Below are positions 59,266 to 64,000 of a DNA stretch of 64,000 nt, piece after piece (within the stretch, counting starts at the first letter, position 1; the number at the start of each line of letters is the position of its first letter). The notes beneath the pieces were generated by a model. It saw only the letters and a program-made list of their open reading frames with translations, had not been told where the DNA came from and did not search any database. This DNA is from Vitrella brassicaformis CCMP3155 (lineage: Eukaryota > Protista > Chromerida). Both the position numbers and the translations under genes were made by a program. The stretch spans positions 67,574 to 131,573 of the forward strand of contig CDMY01000292.1 in NCBI GenBank assembly GCA_001179505.1, written 5' to 3'.

Positions 59266-62200
59266 TTAGAGGAACGGCTGGGCAGCCCAGCGCATAACCT
59301 CCTCCCTCGACCCGGCAAAAGCCACCTTTTCTTTGCAGTGCTCGCACAGGTAGTCTGGCTCGTCAACCATGTCCAGCAGCGGGATCCTGTCCTCCTTCTT
59401 GCGGCCCTCATTCAGTCTCTCGATGCCCTCATTCTCCTCACGACGGCGAGCATTCTCCGTCTTGGCCTCCTCGAGGTCTCGCTGCCACTTGATCTTGCGG
59501 TCCTCATAGCAGTGGGGGCACAGCCGGAGGTGCTTGCAGGGCATGTACATGACCGAAGCGACGCCATGCTCGCCGAAGCAGATGTCGCAATCCTCAAGAT
59601 CTCCCTCATGTAGTTGCTGCGCTGATGGCTGTTGCTGCTGCTGCCGCCTGCCTGCTGCGGGGGCGCTACTGGATGACGACGAGCTGGGCTGCTGCTGCTG
59701 GACACTCATCTGGGCAAGCCTGATGGACAACCACACGGCAGACAGATTGATGGATGGGTGTCGCGACTGGCCCGTTTCGTCGATAGGCTCACTTCCGCTG
59801 TGCTTCTTGCAGCTGCCGCATCAGCGCCTCCTCCCGCTGCTTGGCCTGTCGGTCTCGGTCCTCCATCTGTCGACATAGCTCGTTCACCAGCTGCTCACTC
59901 CCATCGCCAGCATCGACAGACCTGCAACGCAACGCAACACAGCGCGCATGCATCATCCGTTGTGTGTGGCCTGAACGGCATCCCTTTATGGCGCCCGCTC
60001 ACCCAGCGGCAGAAGCAGCGACGCGCCGCCTGTCCATCGGAGGGGCGGGTGGGAGAGGGGGAGGGGGNNNNNNNNNNNNNNNNNNNNNNNNNNNNNNNNN
60101 NNNNNNNNNNNNNNNNNNNNNNNNNNNNNNNNNNNNNNNNNNNNNNNNNNNNNNNNNNNNNNNNNNNNNNNNNNNNNNNNNNNNNNNNNNNNNNNNNNNN
60201 NNNNNNNNNNNNNNNNNNNNNNNNNNNNNNNNNNNNNNNNNNNNNNNNNNNNNNNNNNNNNNNNNNNNNNNNNNNNNNNNNNNNNNNNNNNNNNNNNNNN
60301 NNNNNNNNNNNNNNNNNNNNNNNNNNNNNNNNNNNNNNNNNNNNNNNNNNNNNNNNNNNNNNNNNNNGGAGGGGGAGGGGGAGGGGGAGGCGGAGGCGGT
60401 GGCACTGGCACTGGCACAGACACTGGCAATTGGCCACCAACGCCACTGCAGCCACAAACAGGAACCCATGGGCGAGGTGTGTCTGAGTGAGAGAGGTGTC
60501 ACGTCAAGTGTACCTGCCAGTGCGGTCGTGCGATGGGGCCGGTCGATTGTGATTGTCCGCGGGTCTGGGCGGACGGGGAGGCAGCACGGGGGGAACAGGG
60601 GGGACAGGGGGAGGGACCGGGGGATAATGCGGCTGTGACGCCATAGCAAACGGGCTGAGAATGATAGAAGACATACGATGAAGTTGGCTGCAGAATGAGG
60701 AGGAGATGCCTTGCATCTATATCTCTCCTTACTGTTCGTTTGCCGACGCTGGTGGCCGCACGGCAGCAGTGGGGACCAGTGGAGGGGGCCCACTGATGAA
60801 CGAGACACATACACAGCCGACTGGAATGACATGGCCAGCCCATCAAGTGCGCACTGTACCCACCGGTGTGTGCGCGGGTCGGCCGGCATGAAGTTTGGGC
60901 CCGGCCCACGGCCAGCAGGGGGCCTGCCGGCACGTAGCTGCCCTGACACCGAACGGCTCACACTGAACAAAGGCGCACATGCAACAAATGGAGCGAAAAC
61001 GACATCGATGCATGTATCGATGCGCACCTGAGTGGCCGAGCAGGCGGCGTTGGGGGCGGGAAGGGAGGCTGATCGTGCTGCTGTTTGTGTGTTTTGTCTT
61101 TCCTTTTTTGGCTGCGTGTGACGACGGGCACGAAGTCACCACTCTCGCTGTCGGTGACAGCATCCGCAGGGCAGGGACGAGAGACGTCTGCGATCGATGA
61201 CGATGACCTGCACAACGACGCGCTGGTCATGTACATTTGTAAGGAAGAGCACACTTTCTTCCGTGATCCTTACGTCGGGGGCGGGTCGGCAGACGATGAC
61301 GAGGGCCGCTGATCGTCCAGTTCCCTGTCGTCACACGCATACACACACACACACACACGCATACATGCATGGAGTGTCTGCTCACTTCCCTCATCCCCAC
61401 CTGCTGTCAGCTGGTGTCGATGGCATCGACGGCTCCTCGTCCTTGTCAATCGCCTCACGCTCGATTGACACTGACTGCTGCTGCTGCTCGTGCTGTTGCT
61501 GCTCGTGCTGCCGTGCTCCGCCCTTGGCGCCCTTCTTGCCGCCTTTCTTGGCTTTCTTGGCCTTCTCCCTCGCCTCCTCCCTGATGAGCTCAGCGGCCAT
61601 CTTTGCCGCTTTGGACACCTCCTCTTCTGGAGCTGGTGTCCTCTGCTTCGCCTCCTGCTCCACCTCTCGCTGCATCTCTTGCTTTATCCTCAGGACCTGG
61701 CTCCGAGCAATGCGGTCCTCGGCTCCATTGAGTGATGCTCCGTGCTTCAGTAGCACACGGATGCCTCGCTTCAGTCTGTCGACCTCAGCCTGCGGGGCCT
61801 TGCTCCTCTCCGCCTGAGATAGCGCCACCCCAGCTCCGTTGAGTGTCGTCGAATCTAGCCCCGGAATAGTCTTGTTAATCCCCTCTACCCCGAGCTGCCC
61901 GCACAGCCAATCGACCATCTCAGGAGCGCCCTGGCCCATCGTGATGGCAAGGGGTGTCATGCCCAGTGCGTCCAAGACGTCGATCTGCGCTCCGTGCGCT
62001 CTCATCAGGTCGAGGTAGGCCAGGAGGAAGCTGGGTGAGAAGGCGGGCGAAACCATAGCTGCCACATGAATGCAGGTGGGGCAGCCGAAATTGATGGTCT
62101 CGCTGGCGAGGGATGGATCCTCATCGAGGACACGCCGGTATGTCTTGAGAAGGGCCGCTTCGTATTCGGGGCTTTCTTCTGGTGGCAATGCCTCAGCCAA

Positions 62201-63586
62201 GGGGAGGTAGGCAGCCTCCAGCCCTCTTGTCCTCGCGCCATGCCTCAACAGCACATCGACCGCCGTCACGTTGCCGTACACAACGGCCACTCGAAGGGGC
62301 TTCCACGATGCGCCCTTGCTTCCACGCGTCCTATCAACGGGGACACCATTCACATCTGCCCCATTGGCGATGAGGGCCTCGAGCACCGCCTGTTGGAGCT
62401 CGCGAGAGGGCCATCTTGGGAGGTTTAGCTGCATGCCTTCACTCCTATACACGCCGATTGAGCTGCCGGTAGCATCGTCAATGGCCAGTGAGAGGAGACT
62501 GATAGGCTGGGTCGACCGATAACTGGCCATCAGCTTCGTCTCCATTGTGGCATCGGCCCCCTCTCCACACAGACGAGTGACGTCGTCAGCCGATGTGATG
62601 GTGCGACGGACAACGCCGCTCAGTAGCTCTCGGGACACCCTGATGCTTGTGATGCTTGTCGGTGGCATGACACCAATGGACAACCTTCTGAACCCTTGAG
62701 GCACGAACAGCGCTGACACTTCGTCCGAAAACCCGTCTTCGTCAACCTCATCGAAGAAGATGTGTTCTTCGCGGACACCAGCGGTCTGACGACACACATG
62801 CGACGACGTTCGAGGTGCACACCGTCGGACAACAGTCGTCTACAGCAGAGTGCTCACCTCCTCGAGTGGCGGTGTATCAGCAGCAACGTCAAGTGCCGAA
62901 GTGTCCACGACCGTCGGGCCACCCAATGAGACACTGCTCCCCCCCTCCACTTGGCACCCGCCGGCTCGCGCACTGATCACCAGACGAGCACACACAGCAA
63001 CCTGTGGCCATGCTGCTCTCACTGCGCCTGTGTGCGTGTGTGTGTGTGTGTGTGTCGCCCCACCTCTGTAGAGCACTCTGCATCAGTGAAGACGACTGAC
63101 CCGCCACGGGCGCCTCAAACAATGCCGGCCTCTCGACAGGCCGTCGCTTGCCCCTCTTCCTGTTGCTGCTGCTGTTGGCTTTGCCGGTGATCTCCGCGGC
63201 ATCGTCTCGTGTCAGCTGCTCGTGGATCCGCATGTCACCCTCTGCTGCTGCGGAGGGGGAGGTCATCTCGGGAGCGGCGGGTGGCGACGATACTACGCAC
63301 AGAGGCAACACCACCGAGTGGCCTTTCATGCTTTCGGTCGGTTGCGTAGATGCGTGCCTGTCTGATCAGAGAGGCCATCCGGCAGGTCCTCCTTCTGAGC
63401 AGACACACAGATGCAAGCACACGCGTCGGATGTGATGGGGAACGATGCGCACACCTCCATCTCGCCACATACCTGATCAGCCATCACAGAAACGCCAGCG
63501 TCACACAGCGACTTGCAACGCGTCAGAGGGGGAGGGGCACAGGGACCACCAACATCCGTTCCTTCTTCGTTAGCTCGCAGTTCCAT
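59266..63586 (-). CDS. Ankyrin-repeat + coiled-coil + split RING protein (paralog 3, more divergent); 5' end uncertain
   Basis: Upstream exons 63586-~63473, ~63396-63358, 63292-63064 and 62972-62858 are phase-consistent. The main ankyrin exon is 62785-61401 with the same donor position as paralog 1, followed by RPPAGRG and coiled-coil (LMRQLQEAQRK) exons. Final exon CDIC...PCKHLRLCPHC-(54 aa)-CEHC; stop at 59266. A gap at 60068-60367 lies inside the gene. Confidence 0.8.
60068..60367. other. Scaffold gap (300 N)
   Basis: Run of N flanked by GAGGGG repeats. Confidence 1.
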
Positions 63587-63587
63587 A

Positions 63588-64000
63588 TGCCCAGAGCAGG
63601 CAGGGTTTCGTCGTAATCATTGTACGGTGGGTCAATGCTTTGTCTTGGGTACTCTGATAGAGAAGGCTCGGCGCGCGAGACAGCCCCTGTATGTCTGTTT
63701 TGTTGATTTTCGCAAGGCCTTTGACACGATACATCGTGAGCTCCTATGGGATGCGCTTCGCCGGAAGGGCATCTCAGAGCAGCTCGTGCGTGCGCTTGAG
63801 GCACTCTATGCTAATGTCGAGGCATGTGTTGATGGTGGGTTTGAGGGCTTGTCAGCTGCCTTCAATGAGGTGTTTGGGGTTAAGCAAGGGGACGTACTGG
63901 GGCCTCTGCTCTTCTCTCTCTTCATCGACGACCCACCTGAGTATATTCGGGCTGGTCGCGAGGCTACTGCTCCTCTGCTGCGCCTGATCGATATTGTCGT
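63588..64000 (+). mobile_element. Non-LTR retrotransposon (LINE-type) reverse transcriptase fragment, apparently 5'-truncated, continues beyond the window
   Basis: Open frame (codon starts at 63591, 63594...) not in the ORF track: PEQAGFRRNHCTVGQCFVLGTLIEKARRARQPLYVCFVDFRKAFDTIHRELLWDALRRKGI...GVKQGDVLGPLLFSLFIDD. These are canonical LINE RT motifs (Q.GFR; F.DF.KAFD; G..QG..L.P.LF). No upstream RT motif (NYRPISL) was seen. Confidence 0.93.

Overview
Eukaryotic, GC-rich, intron-dense genomic DNA. Introns are short (about 55-130 nt) and filled with CA/TG, AG/CT and GACA/TGTC microsatellites. The apicomplexan-type hexokinase, plastid-type bipartite leaders and intron style suggest a chromerid alveolate such as Vitrella (inference, not a database result). 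Because genes are split, the ORF track only shows exon fragments, so I rebuilt gene models by eye from GT/AG sites and phase matching. Confident genes: SRP68 (-), hexokinase (+), a GPR107/GPR180-like 7TM protein (-), a signal-peptide GNAT acetyltransferase (+), a kinesin (-), U2AF35/U2AF1 (-), three paralogous ankyrin + coiled-coil + RING genes (one +, two -), a phase-consistent ankyrin/novel-repeat/ankyrin/TPR/SET chain with three frameshifts at the left edge, a signal-peptide protein with three ubiquitin-like domains, a secreted LNR/Cys-rich protein, several hypothetical proteins, and a non-LTR retrotransposon RT fragment at the right edge. There are three 300-N scaffold gaps. No rRNA, tRNA or CRISPR array was seen. 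Most notable observations: (AC)m...(GT)n self-complementary introns throughout; a ~36-bp micro-inversion at the edge of an inverted duplication of an ankyrin-RING gene; a RING finger split by a 54-residue charged insert; a hexokinase with a duplicated unknown N-terminal exon cassette; a ~90-bp element with terminal inverted repeats downstream of two unrelated genes; and a LINE RT fragment abutting the predicted start codon of an ankyrin-RING gene.
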